Source: Sphyrna mokarran
Lineage: Eukaryota
Length of the DNA: 64,000 nucleotides
Direction of reading: 5' to 3'
Assembly: GCA_024679065.1 (NCBI GenBank)
Contig: JAGIQG010000004.1
Span: 37,076,001-37,140,000, forward strand
Position 1 is the first letter of the stretch. Every line of letters begins with the position of its first letter. This document shows positions 25,670 to 39,200 of this stretch, piece by piece. The position numbers and the translations under genes are program-made. A model generated the notes under the pieces. It saw nothing but the letters and a program-made list of their open reading frames with translations. It had not been told where the DNA came from and made no database searches.

Positions 25670-27176
25670 GTACTATTAAAAAATTGTTCTTTTTATTGTT
25701 GAGCTTAATCATGGGTTCCTTAGTGGTACAGTGCAAGAGGCACATTCTGAGTATTTACCCAGTGGTCTTGGTATATATTAAACTATGCAATAATGAAATA
25801 TCCTAATTTTTTTAAATCAACAGAATCATCTATTAAAATCACATTATTCTGCACTGCTTTTTGAACTCTTAATGTGTTAGAAACATCTTAAAATCAGTAA
25901 TTTACAAATTATGAACAGATCTGTATTTTAAAAAGCCTTTTAGAAATGGATACTTACCGAGTTTAGAAAATAGGTCAATGGACTTGCAATTAGTGGACAG
26001 AACCCCAAAAGAAAGTGATTTTAAGAGAGAAAGCAAAAATACACACGCATCAAGGGTGGCTGTTGCAAAACTCATGTATTTGATTAAATGAGTAAGAATT
26101 ACAGTACCTCAGCTGTTAGTAGGTATTAAATTTTAGTGAAACTGGATTGTTTCTTCCAGCTTTCCAAGAAAGTGCATATATCAGTCACAAGGGTTTTCAT
26201 ACCTAATACAAAATTATTACACAATAAAACACTATCTCTCGTCGGTCGGTGAAGATGAAGCTTTGTCTTAAGCAACTTACCGGTACAGTATATACATTAA
26301 TGATTTTCCCTAGACATATGTCATTATGATATATATATACACACACAAGACATAATCTACAATAGCTTCATATTACTCCCTTCAAAATTGTTCAAAAGAT
26401 GCATTTACGTAGCAGCAATGTGAAAGTCCAGCACATTTTTCTTCTATACTAAATATACCTATGGGGCAGAAATCTTTATTGTATTTAAAGGTACAATAAC
26501 AGGAGTTTCCTTCTATGACCATCGTGCTTATTACTTCACTGAAACTCATCAACATTTAAGATGACGTAAGTGAAAAGCACAGTACAAAGAACCATTTAGA
26601 ACAGAAATGGTTTAACCTACAAAAAAAAACTTGCAATTTCACTTGGTGTTAAAAACAGTAAAGGGTAAACTGCTTACAGAGCAACAGCATTGACATTCAG
26701 TTTGAAGTCTGCAATTTTACAGTTATTTTGTTAATGGAAGGTATGACTGAACAATTAACTGATTGTGAATACTGTAGCAGACTACCAAAACTTTACATTA
26801 TATATACAGATCTTGTTTAGTGAGGAATGGACTTTTGAGGCATTGCACCAATGCCAGTCATGTTAAAACTAGATTACTCACAAATCATAAAATAAGTTAA
26901 TGCAAGGGCAAAAATCACCTAACAGAATAGATCTGCAAATGCTAGGAAACTTACATGTTTAAAGCACTCTAGTCCATTAGTATATAGGCCAAGATGCTGA
27001 AGACCAGTAGTTTACACTTGCAACTTGTTTGCAAAGCAAAGTTATCACTAATAAATAAGTTTTTCATACAACACTAAAAGTTAGGCATTGTACAAAAGGT
27101 GTTCTCACAACACTTTGGTCCATTGGCCTGAAAGACGCCCCAGATTACTTCCATTGTTGGAATGTTGACTGTCACT
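25670..27176 (-). other. SALL1: SALL1 3' UTR with candidate polyadenylation signals
   Basis: AT-rich, repeat-free sequence after the stop codon. AATAAA occurs on the minus strand at 26475-26480 and 25692-25697. The true 3' end cannot be determined from sequence. Confidence 0.6.
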
Positions 27177-27617
27177 TCAGTTTGATACAATTTCTTTGTT
27201 GTCTTCCACCAAGCGGGTGAATTTATGGTTCGTTCCATTTTCAGTGGTTGACATTTTCTCCAGACCAGCTAGAGGTGCACTGGGTTCAGTATTGTGAAGC
27301 TTCTCCATGCTTCCCGTTAAACCACTGATGGGCGAGCTGCCACCATTGCCCAGACTAGCAGGGTTTGGAGGAAGTCCACCATTCTGAATCACTGAAATCT
27401 CATTGGTCTTCATTGCTAAGCCATTCGTTAGTGCCGCTGCGTACTGGTTCCAAAATGAAGAAGGGTCTCCGTCACGAGCTCGAACAGCCAAATCCTTCTG
27501 AAGCATTTCTGTGAATTTAATGGGATTTCCACTTAGGAATGCCATGGGACCATCCACTGAAAGACGCCGCCCTCGCCTTGCAGGGGCACTGTTCCACATG
27601 TGTGTCCCCATGTGAAC
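27177..27617 (-). CDS. SALL1: SALL1 coding exon 3 (completes the last zinc finger; C-terminus ..[15 protein letters not shown])
   Basis: Acceptor ttacag|GTT CAC ATG ([20 protein letters not shown]), then [27 protein letters not shown]. The C-terminus resembles human SALL1 (FTRFVEDSKEIVTS) rather than SALL3 or SALL4. TGA at 27179-27177. Confidence 0.96.
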   Translation of the reverse strand, partial: VHMGTHMWNSAPARRGRRLSVDGPMAFLSGNPIKFTEMLQKDLAVRARDGDPSSFWNQYAAALTNGLAMKTNEISVIQNGGLPPNPASLGNGGSSPISGLTGSMEKLHNTEPSAPLAGLEKMSTTENGTNHKFTRLVEDNKEIVSN

Positions 27618-28729
27618 CTGTAATGTCAAAAATCAGATCGAACAAAGTTAGATCAGGCAATCACACAAGAATTGGGTATCAACAAAGACACTGCCATACC
27701 CAATCTACGGACAAGAAAAATGCATGCATTTTGGGGCCATGTTCGGCGTTTAGCTAAGACTGCTGCATCCAATTTCGTTGTGATAACTCACATTATATCT
27801 GACATCACTAACACTGCAAGTAAACATCCTTATCAGACAGGGATAAAATATCTTTAACTTGACAGTCTGATTGCTCATCAGAGACAAGTCACTGAAGGTT
27901 ATTATTCCTCTCATATTACATGGGCAATCCCAAGAGAAGTAGTTTGTCAGAAGAAATCGGCACATATTTGTTGTGCTCAATGGTTCCTTAAATTAAATAC
28001 CGAACAAAAGGACATTTAAATTTTTAGAGTCTTTTATCCCCCCATAGCTTTGTTAATCCATTTCCTACAAGTGAATAGTTAAACATCAGAATGTAAAAAA
28101 AATTTGAATTTTATTAACTGTTTGCAAGAATTGATTGTTTTACAAATGATTTGCACACAATTTAAGCATACTGCAATATTTTCCATTAATATAAATTGTA
28201 CTTTGATTTTTCTGGCATAATGTCAATTTTCGATATTTTTGACTCTCTTAACACCATGCATTGATTACACTTATATAATTTATTATCCCATTTCTCCACT
28301 CTCCTCCAACATCCTACCCACCCGACTTTTCACAAGAGACACAGAAATATCTCTGGGAATCTATGCTATCCTCTTTATTGTATAGAATTCTGAAATATGC
28401 AGATATCTCTGTACACATTGGCAGGTTTCTTGGTCAACCCATGAACACGTTCACCGTGACTGATAAAACCAACCCAAGGAAGAGGCCAGAGTGCTACTGC
28501 CAACCAAGCTGGCATCAATCTCAGAATCTAGATCCAAACCTCAGTTCTACATTAGATGTCAATGATCCACCTTGTGCTTTTAAATTTGCCAGATAAACAA
28601 CTGGCAAACAATTTGTCTGTGCACTTCTTTCCAGCAGTTGATAAAATAAAAGTAGAGTTAGTGTCTGAGGTAGTATGGTGTGCCGGACTCATTTGATGAT
28701 TTGGGTTTATTTGGAGCTAATGGACAAAG

Positions 28730-28890
28730 AATCATAGAATCCCTACAGTATAGAAGAAGCCCTTTGGCCTGTCGAGCCTGCAATGATGGCAATCCCACCG
28801 AGGTCTTATCCCAATAACGTCACATATTTACCATGCTAGTCCCACTGACCATAAGGGGAAATTTACCATGGCCAATCCATCTAACGCACA
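28730..28890 (-). mobile_element. HE1-like SINE 3' fragment in SALL1 intron 2
   Basis: atcatagaatccctacagtatagaagaagccctttggcc..aatttaccatggccaatccatctaac. Confidence 0.8.
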
Positions 28891-29361
28891 TTATCCTTGA
28901 AGAAATCACAATAAATTCTGCCTTACAGACATTTTAATGGAAAGTATCAAGCCGTTATTATCGCTGATATCTGTACCTTCTTTGATACATCATCTAATTG
29001 GTCTAAAACATAAATATACTTCAACATTACTGACCCTATTACAGATTGAAAAGGTATTGTTCTGAAATAAATGTGGGATTGCACGTTTTCCATTTCGTTG
29101 ACTCCAAAGTCAATTAAGAGGATTCACATTTATAGCTACTGCTTTAGTTGCATTGCATACAGGATTAGAATTGCATTTTGTTTAACAAAGCAAACTGCTT
29201 ATAATTTGCATAAGATAAAACAGCATACTCTGTTCTTCTCACCTTCCTCCTTACGTCTTTAAAGCCAACAGTATGACTAGATGCTGCTCTGATTCCATTT
29301 CAGTTTAATATCTAAATCACATGCACAAATTCAACGCATTTAACATAATGCCAGAAAATAC

Positions 29362-32300
29362 CTTCAAGTTGCCTTTGGTGGTAAAAGCTCTTCCACATAT
29401 TGTACAGGCAAATGGTTTTTCACCAGTATGTGTTCTCTCATGTATCTGCAGAGCGCTGGATGAGGAGAATGTTTTCCCACATGCTGTGCAGTAATGCTGT
29501 TTCGGTGTTCTTCTTTGCGGTGCTGGCAGGACAGGCGAGATAGCAGATGCAGACAGAGGCCCTGATGAAATAAGGCTAGCAGGTGGATCTTTACAGTCCT
29601 GGGAACACCCATGCATGAAACCATTGACCTCAGTTTTGATTAGGGATGTCAAACTGTTAGCAGCCACATTTGAAGAGCTCTGATTAGGACCGATATTAGA
29701 GTTGTTGGGTTCAAACAGCTGAGATGGAAGGTCCCGCATCTGATGTGTCAACATGTGCTGCTTCAAATTACCCTTAGTGGAAAAGCCACGATTGCATACT
29801 GTGCAAATATATGGACGCTCTTTGGTATGGCTTCTGTAATGAATGTCCAAGGCACTCTGACAAGCAAATGCTTTGCCACAGATATCACAAGATGTATTCC
29901 TTAACTTACCCCGATCTCGACTGGGAAACAGCATGCTTAAAGCATCATCTTTAATTATTCGTTCTGCATTACTAGAAGTCAGATCTAAGGCACCACCATT
30001 GGTGGTTGCTGGAGATACTGAATTAGATAAATCTGGTAGTAAAGTTCTGTGCTGTCTCTCTTCACAGCCCGGTGACTTTGACCTACGACTATCTGTGTTG
30101 CTGTTGGCAGGGGATGGAGCCTGCATGGAAGAGGTAGATTCTGAAATGGCAGGACTTCCAGCACTCTGGCTCTCCATATCCCCTATCATTGAAAAAGAGT
30201 CACTAGTCATTTGGTCTCCATCTGCTGATCCGTTCTCACCTGACCTGAGGCTTGCTTGGAGCTGTTCAACAAGACCAGCGTTAATCATTTTCATTTGATT
30301 CTCAAGAGCTACAATACTGGACATTTCTGACGGCAATGGAGATGGAGATAAACTGCCTTGAGACACCTCTGCAGATTTGGGCGTGTCTGGTACACTACTA
30401 TCAGGACAATCTTCCATATTCTCATCTGAGTAGTCATCTATATCATCAAAATTTTTGTCTTCAAAAGAAGCCGTGTCAGATTCCATAGATTCAGGATAGT
30501 TGTCAGCGACGGGAGTATTTGGAATCTGGCCTCCCATATGCATTCGAATGTGCTGTTGCAATACCACAGCATTTGTGAATTTCTTCTGGCATATCGGACA
30601 AGAATGCTGAACTCTCAGTGGTGGCATGGCACGATGAACACCATAATGGGTTTTCAGATTTCCCTTAGTGGTGAATGCACGACCACAGACTTTGCATTTG
30701 AAGGGCCTCTCACCAGTATGTGTACGATAATGCATCTTCAGTGCACTATGGCAACTAAGAACTCGATGGCAAATGACACATTGGTTGGGGTCCGTCATCT
30801 TCCTGTCAATGTTTTCTACTAGCTGCTGCAACTTTGAAGTTTCTGACGCCTGCAAAGAATCTAAGAGACCTCCAAATGGAAACTTTGACTTAAACTGTTC
30901 TGACATAAGTGGTATAAGTGGGCTTGTAAAAGCAGAAGTAGTACTTAGACCTGAATCAGATGCACTTGAACTGACAGGGACAGCCAAGCTGGTGACAGAA
31001 TTAATAGATTGTGTGTTTTCATCTAGTTTACCATTTGAGGTAGGTGAAGCACTTTCTTCCATTTCGTCCAAATCATTCGCATTTTTCACGGAGGGTTCTG
31101 TCGCTCCTAAGTCACTCTGGACCGAGCCAGGAGGGCTACAAGATTGATTAACTGAGATAGACTGACACTCCTCTGATTTGATAATAGCCGACAAACCTGA
31201 TATGGTTGATGGGAGTGGCAGGCCCACAGATGTGGTCAGTGTAGGTAATACAGGCTTACTATCTAGCCAACTTGTTATAGGTTTTTCAGGTGGTATAGAC
31301 ATTCCATATGGAATACCTGTATTTGTTGGAACATTGTCTAAATGTTCTGGAACTGGATAGGGATTCATATGAATATGGGGATATTTTTCTCTGTGCCTCT
31401 GAAAGTGAACCTTCAAATTTCCTTTTGTGGAGAATCTGTTACCACAAATGTTGCATTTATAAGGTCTCTCGCCAGTATGGGAGCGCAAATGAATCTGCAA
31501 GGCACTGTCACTTCCAAACACTTTAGCACAAAACCTGCACTTATGTTTAAAGAAAGCCTCATCAGAGCTGCTTTTAGTCTCAAATACGACCACATTTGGT
31601 GGCTTGCCTTTCCTTTGATTTGCCAGAGCTGTCATTGAGCCAAGGTTTCCTGAAGTTGTTTCAATGCTTGAGAGAGGAGTGGAAAACACAGAAGTGGATG
31701 TGGAGGTTTGAGGTAGCAGCGAGTTGGACAAACTGGATGCAGGACTTAGTAAACTGCTAATTCCAAGAGCTGGTGTGGACACTGTAGATACCGAAGGACT
31801 GATTAACTGAGAATCACTAATGGTACTTGTAGATACGTTTTCAGAGGGCTGTATGGTACTAGGCAATGAGGATGCAGTTACTTTTGGAGAACTACTGCCA
31901 GGCTGAGCTATGGTGCTTCCAAGGCTGCTCTGAGGTAGATGAAGTTGCTTTCCACCATTGATGCTGGCAGATTGGCTGGCAAGGCTCTGTGCTAGCCCAG
32001 CTGCAGCAGCAAGCTGCTGAGATAGATGTGAACTAAGTGTAGTTAATGGATTAACAGTAGTTCCTAAAGTACCTTGGGAAGAGTTAACTGATGGTGGAAT
32101 TTCTGCATTTTGGGAAGCCAGTAGGATTATCTGGTGACGGATTTGTTCAATAAGCTGTAACTGATGGATTTGTTGTTGTTGCAAAGCCAGTAGTTGTTCC
32201 ATAAGTGCTGGAACAGCAACCTTGCTGTTTGATGCACTATTAGATCTTGTTTCCTGGGAGAACTGGGCTACAGCCACTTTAGTACTTTGAAGATTTTCAA

Positions 32301-32777
32301 TGATCACATTACTGTTTAACATTGAGAAATTTCCCAGAGCTGTTAGATCACCTATATGAGGTAGAGGTGTTGTGACAGCTGAGGTACCCATTGTGGGATA
32401 ATTACTGCTTGTATTACTATTGTTATTACTGTTAGAACTGCTAACGTTGCTGTTGCTAGTGATGCTGGAAGTGTCCACCTCCATGGATTCTTCCTGGTCA
32501 ACTTTTTTATGCTCTACAAGATCATCACAGTCTGCTTGACTTGTGTTATTAATTTTGTCATTTGCTTCTTCAACAGGATTATCAGGAGATCTTGGAGAGG
32601 AGGCTTCTGAAGGAGCTGTTGAATTTTCATTTACAATCAGAACCAATTGTTTCTTAGTGCAAGTTTTTTTGTGATGAAGGAAATCGGGCAGTTCAAAGAA
32701 CTCAGCACAACATCGGCCACAGACATGAGCATCCCCATTCTTAAGGACTCGTTCTTCCCGCCCTTCTCGTGAAGTTC
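29362..32777 (-). CDS. SALL1: SALL1 coding exon 2 (C2HC finger, Q-rich dimerisation region, four C2H2 double-finger clusters)
   Basis: Acceptor ttttattttctag|GA at 32778/32777 continues exon 1 in frame ([43 protein letters not shown]) and overlaps the 1109-aa ORF. It contains [18 protein letters not shown] and the fingers HKCRFC/YKCNIC, NQCVIC/FKCKVC/HSCPIC, TSCDIC/YICTVC and HYCTAC/FACTIC, with SAL boxes F(S/T)TKGNLK. Donor AAG|GTATTT at 29362/29361. Exons 1+2 total 3489 nt (1163 codons). Confidence 0.97.
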
Positions 32778-33201
32778 CTAGAAAATAAAAGGGACAGGAG
32801 ATTAGTCAACAAGCAGACACAAGATTCCTCACCAAGTATCATACGCAAACAACATCAACAAAATATGGAGGTCGGGGGGTGCGCGGTGGTGGAGTAGAAA
32901 AAGAATCAATGATTGGACATCATAGATCTTACTTAGAATGAAGATCTGCAAAGCTTTCAACTGGATTCCATCATTCACTAAATCTCAGTGAATCAAGTAC
33001 CTTAAGACAATCTGTCAAAATATACATTTCTCCAAATTAAAGATATTGGTACTTAATGAAATGCCAAAGGAAGTATTGATTTCCAATATTTCATACACAT
33101 CATTTCCTTGTCCACTGGGTGCAAATCAAACATTTGAGGACTTGATAAGACTCTTCAGTATCTGTCAACTTTTTTTTCACTTCGAGAGAATAAGAGAGGT
33201 C

Positions 33202-33266
33202 TTTGATAGTTCACTCCCTGTCACTAAACCAATTTGATAGTTCACTCCCTGTCACTAAAGCAATTT
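33202..33266. repeat. 31-bp tandem duplication in intron 1
   Basis: tttgatagttcactccctgtcactaaa(c/g)caa at 33202 and 33233. Confidence 0.9.
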
Positions 33267-36200
33267 GTAATCATTCAGATCCCGATCACTATATGACAGG
33301 AGAAACAGGAGAACCATGTCATCTGGTTGCAGAAGCGATATTGGGATCTAATATCTAAATGTTTCATGGAATCCTCCATGACTCAAAGCACTGCCTTTTA
33401 ATTATATACAAACCAAATAAAATATATATTTTGTAAAATAGTTTTGTTACATCAGATGATTGAACACAAAATAATGCTCAATGTTTAAAATTATGTTTTC
33501 AATGTATAAGCAAAATATGCCTGCACTTATCCCTTAAAAATCATTTTTAATAGTACCGTTTTAATGCTCTAAATATTGCAAGACTTTCTTTAAAGCATTT
33601 TTATCATCTTCGAGGATGGTCTGCTAACAATCAATTTTTCAGGATCTCTTGCACTTCAAAATTGTTAACCTATTTTCGAACTTTTCTAAACATTAGTTTA
33701 TATGGTGTCATACATTTGAAGAATATCTGGAAGGCTAATATATATTTCTATCGCTGTGTTTACATTGGTAGCTGAACAAGTTTGGTGGACACTCTGGATA
33801 TCCAATTGAAAAACTATAATATTTACATTGCTGTGGACCTCTGACCTTTTAAACCCAGCAACGCAGGTGCAGAGAAGGGACACCAGCATTGCAACTAATT
33901 CACCACATTGGTGCCCTTTATTGCTTGGAGACATGCAAAGAGATCAAAGACTCTCGCTATACACTCTCATCGAACAGTTGTAAAACTGGTACAACATTCA
34001 CGCAAGAAATGGTTCTCATACTGGTATGTGGGGGAGACAATTTCACATTTACTTTTATTCAAAATCAAATCACATTGCAAAGTAAAGGCTCGTGCTCTAC
34101 AATAGATGTAGTTGTATGAATTAAGATCGATTTAGGAATTCTTGTTGCCAGCCTCTTTAAGGTTTTGTCAAAGAGGCTAGTGTGATGAAACCTATCTTTC
34201 TAGAATTTAGAAAGAAAGAATTTGCATTCATATAATTCCTCTTGTGAATGTAGGATGCCACAAAATGTTTACAGCAAGTACTTCTGAAGTGCAATCACCA
34301 ATGTTTCGATACTATAAGCCATCTTAAAAGTATTTTCAATAAGTATTCAAAGAATAAATGATGAACAATTCACTATATATTCTTAAAATCCAACGATGAA
34401 GCACATTAAAGCATTCATTTTTGATACCTTGTTGGATACAGGAACAATTGCACAAATATTGTTGATATCAACTATATCGCTAAATACCAAGCTAAGATCA
34501 AGAAAGTGTTACCACTGAAAGAGTAAATTCAGAGTAGTTTTGAAACACTATCCATAAATTGCTGGCTTGCTTAGCTACATGACTGGAAGACACTGAAGGG
34601 GAACAATATAAGAGGGGACCGTGCCCTCCAATTCCCATCAAGTATTGTACTCAAAGATCAGTGATGCAAAATGATACAATTTAGAACCGATATGAACACT
34701 GTGCTCTCAGATAGAAGGTAAATTTCTTTCTCACACTGAATAGTATCCCCCAATATTGGGGAAAATCAAAATTTATAAAGAGCCAAATTTATAATTTTGT
34801 TGGGCGTAGCAAGCAAGGAAAACCTTCTTCGTTTTGTCTTAACCTCCCAAACTCAGGAAGAACCCCAGTGTACCAAGGTGAGTTTTTGATTTCCCAACAT
34901 CAATTATCTTTATTACTTCCTTCTTAATGACAATTTGTGAGCAAATGGTTCATGGCCATTACATTATGGCTACAAAAATTACTTTTGATGCAAAAACCTA
35001 GGTATCAAGCACAAAAGGGAATCTTCAATTTGGTCTGAAATACAATATAGATGCTAGAAATGACAAGATAGCAATTATGTTTTCATTGAGTCGATTATCC
35101 CTCTACTTAATCTACCTCTATAAGAGCTGTGTACCAAAGCACTGAAACATTTACTGGGTTAATTATGAAAAACATAGATGCAAAGGCACACACACATATG
35201 TGTTCTAAACAAGGCCAATACAAGTAAATGCAGTGAAATTTTACTGTATTTTTTAATTACATGAAGTTGAAAAACATTTCACTTTTGCATTTGCTTAATT
35301 ATCAGTACAATTATATATAAACTTTACTTGTAAAAATTATGGAACGTAAAATGTAGGAAAATATTCTACATAATATAGGATAAGCACAAATGGTGATTAT
35401 ATATAAATTAGCAATAGCCAGAAATGAATGTTCTTAAAGATAACTGCAGCAGCAAAGACAATAGAAAAGGTTGCTCTATGCAGTGACTGACCTAATCTTG
35501 AGTATTAAATTGCTTAAACTGGTTCAAAGAGGCTTTGGAGGTTAATGGGTTATACAGTACTTCCCAGTGTCAGAGTCTAGAATGATCTCTGACAAAAACA
35601 TGTAGGCTGCACAGTGGGAACTATTTGTGTTCATTTGAAACATTTAGTTGCAAAATCTGATTTATAGATAAGCAAATTGTCCCTATTCAAGCCTTTCACT
35701 GAAAGATCTTTTTACTTCCTTTTTCATTCGCACTGTTACTTGCATTTCTCATCACACTGAGGATTAATTTGCAAATCAAACAAAAAATTTCAGCCCTCTA
35801 ACCCACTTCATCCTTTTCAAGGACAGGATGGCTCCCTATTGTTTGCTCAGCATGAGGACAGCAACTTCTGTCTCACAATGGTGTGTGGTCATCAGGGAAG
35901 GCCCAGAAAGCTGATCTTGTTTAATTCAGGGATTATCTCTCTGCATGTTTCCCTTTACTACAGAATTAGATAATAGAAAGTTGCCATGACATCAGAATCC
36001 AAGTCCATAGCAAAGCACTGGGACAATTAATTCCAGATATTGGGGAGATCATCTGAAATAATGTGGTTCAATTGCCACACTGCTCAAGTGTCCCTGGGCT
36101 ACATTCGGAACAATGGTCGTTAATGTCATCTCCTGCAGTACATTCAGTTTAATACCTACAAAGTTGTAATTCTGTGACCTGCTGAGCTTTACTTTTAAAT

Positions 36201-39200
36201 GCAGTTTTAGAAGTTATTTACATATTGCTGCACACAGTGAAATCCAAAATGACCATAATTCCATACAGTTTAGCTTACCAGCGATTACAGGAAACATACA
36301 GAAATTATTCCTTTATAGTGCACTGCAACCAAATTATTAAAATGTTCAGTTAATTACTATTCATGTCAACTTTAAAAAAAGGAGATTGGAAGCCGAGGAC
36401 GATGGGAAAGAAATCAAAATGCGACGGTTCCAAGGAACACGAAAGTAGCAAGTGAATGATTTATCTGGCATCTGGCTCATTTCTGAAGTTTTTAAACACA
36501 CAGAGCCATCTGCGCTTAAGGAAATGACATTTGAGATATGATGGATTTTTCTAAATTACTTGGTTCATCTGTTGAATAAATTAAACACGGATGTTCATGC
36601 TATAGTTTGCTTACCCAATAAATACTTGTGAAGTAATATAAATTTCTGCAACATATTCATTTCTAACATACATATACTATATTATATATAGTTGTACTAT
36701 ATATATACATAGTTACGTATCATTGTAACTTGTATTTTTCAAGGAAAATTAAGGCAAAATATGAGAATTTAACAATAATTCTAATTAACTCTCAATACCT
36801 GGCACATTAAAAAGTTACGTCCCTCTGCCGACATGTTAATAAAGCTCCCTATGTACAGAAAAATATTTTTCAATGTGATCGCATTTATCAAAACACAAAG
36901 GCACTCTAGAACATCATTTTGCTTGGTCAGCTGTACTTAAACAAATAATTACCAAACTAAATAACTACTGTGGGAAATCACAAGATCCACTTCATCAGTT
37001 TTGTAACTCAGCATGCACAAAAGTCTGAAGTACAGATCCACAAGCTTAGTGTGGTCTGAATGTATTAGTTAGTAACATTATTCAATGCTGGAATGTTAAT
37101 TCTAGTGGAAACCTATCTGATTGATTTTTATTTTAAATCATGCAAAAATACAACATGAACCAATGAATCATACCAGCTTTAAAGTCACAATGTTAACGCA
37201 CAATATACTGTCCTATCCAACTAGATAAAGCCTCTCATTATTGTCCTTCTGCTCTTCGAACTGCTGTGCAGTAAAGCAAGATGGGAACACATTTTGAATT
37301 ACATTTTTTTAAATGATAAACATTTAAACATTTTAGTATTTCCTCTAAATAAAACATTGAGGAAACAGGTATATTTTAAACAGTTTTCTATTTATCAATA
37401 TTCAACAATATGTAAGTCCACATATTTGTCCTTAATGAACTTGCTTGTTTTGGCAAAGGTTTAAAATATTTATTACTATTGGATGTTTGAAGTGTTTGGT
37501 ATTTAATGCAAGTCGATAATAGTGACCTCTAAAGAGGTGAAAACTTTGCAAATCAGCATTGAAAATACAACATTGTGTGCTTCATACTGGACATGGAGTA
37601 AATCTATTTTTCATATGACTATTTAATAAACATATGTAGAGTGTTCATATGACTGAATTATAACATTTGCTAAATTATTAAACATAAGTTGATGAAATTG
37701 AAAGCATATTAGGCGTCAAGAAGCAGCCTAATGAAAAGCAAACACTGAAATTAAAAATAGTTACTTTGTTATTGTTTTTAACAAATTAGTCACTTTTTAT
37801 GAAATCTGCAAACATTCCACCAAATTGACACTATTCAATAATTTTTTAACTATACTTCCAAAATCTGCCAAAACACTTGGGTTTTGAGCAAAACCTCAGT
37901 TATGAAATAAATTCCAGCATTCAGCTGAAAACCTGGGTGCATCAGAATGAACACTAGATGGGGTACCAGTTGCAACAGCTAAGTGAAAAAAACTTCAGTA
38001 CTACTGTCCTACTCACACGTAAAGTATTTTTGCTTTAGGCTACATACAAGCTTTGGCTGCATAAACATTGGCAATGTGACAAGAAACTAAATCCCTGTTG
38101 TAGGTAAGGTAAAACTGTGCCGTGGGAACTACCCATCAATTACCTCATCAGGGGTCTGGCATTTAAGGGGAAAGGGGAAAAGGGTTAGTGGTTCCTGTAG
38201 TACTGATAAGGTTAAAGCTGAAATAAAGTACTGATATCCTGCTAGGCAGACTGTGGGACTGACTTCTGAGGTCAATTCAAAGGTACTGAAGTACATCTTG
38301 TGTTATGAACTCTTGTCACTTTTTGATAGAAGGAGGCGGCAAAGGTTAAAACAGCAGAACAGTAAAGTACTTCGTAGTTCCCAACATTAAGAATCACACA
38401 AGAACCGCTATTTAGTACATGACCAGAATAAGTCAAAAATCCTTTATGGCAAATGGATAGTCAAATCATTTATCCAGCTCTCCATGTTTCTCACTAAGCT
38501 CTTTATCCAAGAATGCACAGAATATCCTTCAGGCTCACCACTGAGCAGCAACAAACAAAACATGTGAACCCGAAATAGAGCCAAGAATTCACACTGGCAA
38601 CTACAATTTTTTTTAGAAAATAATTGTACACCAACCAACCCCATTGTAAATGTTATTTTTCTCAGACTTTGTGTTTTTACCACATTACTAAGAACAATGT
38701 ATACTTACTGCAAACTGACCGAGTTGCCACAGGACTAGTATAAAAAGTCCACATTTATATGCATATAATCAAAGAAGCCTATTGCATTAACAAACAAGAC
38801 AAGGTCAGTCCACACAGGAAATAAATCTAATAAAACCCTTGGCAAAAAAAAGCATTTTGCATCCTTCAGTTATTTGTGCAATTCATATAATAAAAAGGCA
38901 AGCTACACGTGCGGACAATATCATTTTGGTTCAATCCAAAGCTCATCGATAAAGTTCCAAAAGAGAATTAAAAATGTTCATCCATTCAAACAACTTGCTG
39001 AGACAAAAAGAATAAAGCTGATCTTTTTTAAACATAAGAATTATTTCTTCAAATCACGCTGATCCAACTTATTATTGCTTGTGTAACCCTTGGGAGTGAA
39101 ATTCTAGTAAGCTTGCCTTCTGTTGTACAACTCTACTATGAAGCACCCACTTTTAAGTCCCAGATTCAGCAACAAAGCTCAATAAAAGATTTTAGTGTGC

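Noticed and set aside
29873-31638. Several plus-strand ORFs (60-141 aa) antisense to SALL1 exon 2
   Set aside because: They are shadow frames of a long Ser/Pro-rich coding exon, with no recognisable domains.
29317-32646. The 1109-aa ORF as a single-exon gene
   Set aside because: It starts at a TTG inside exon 2 and runs into intron 2. Splice sites and the exon 1 and exon 3 peptides give the proper model.
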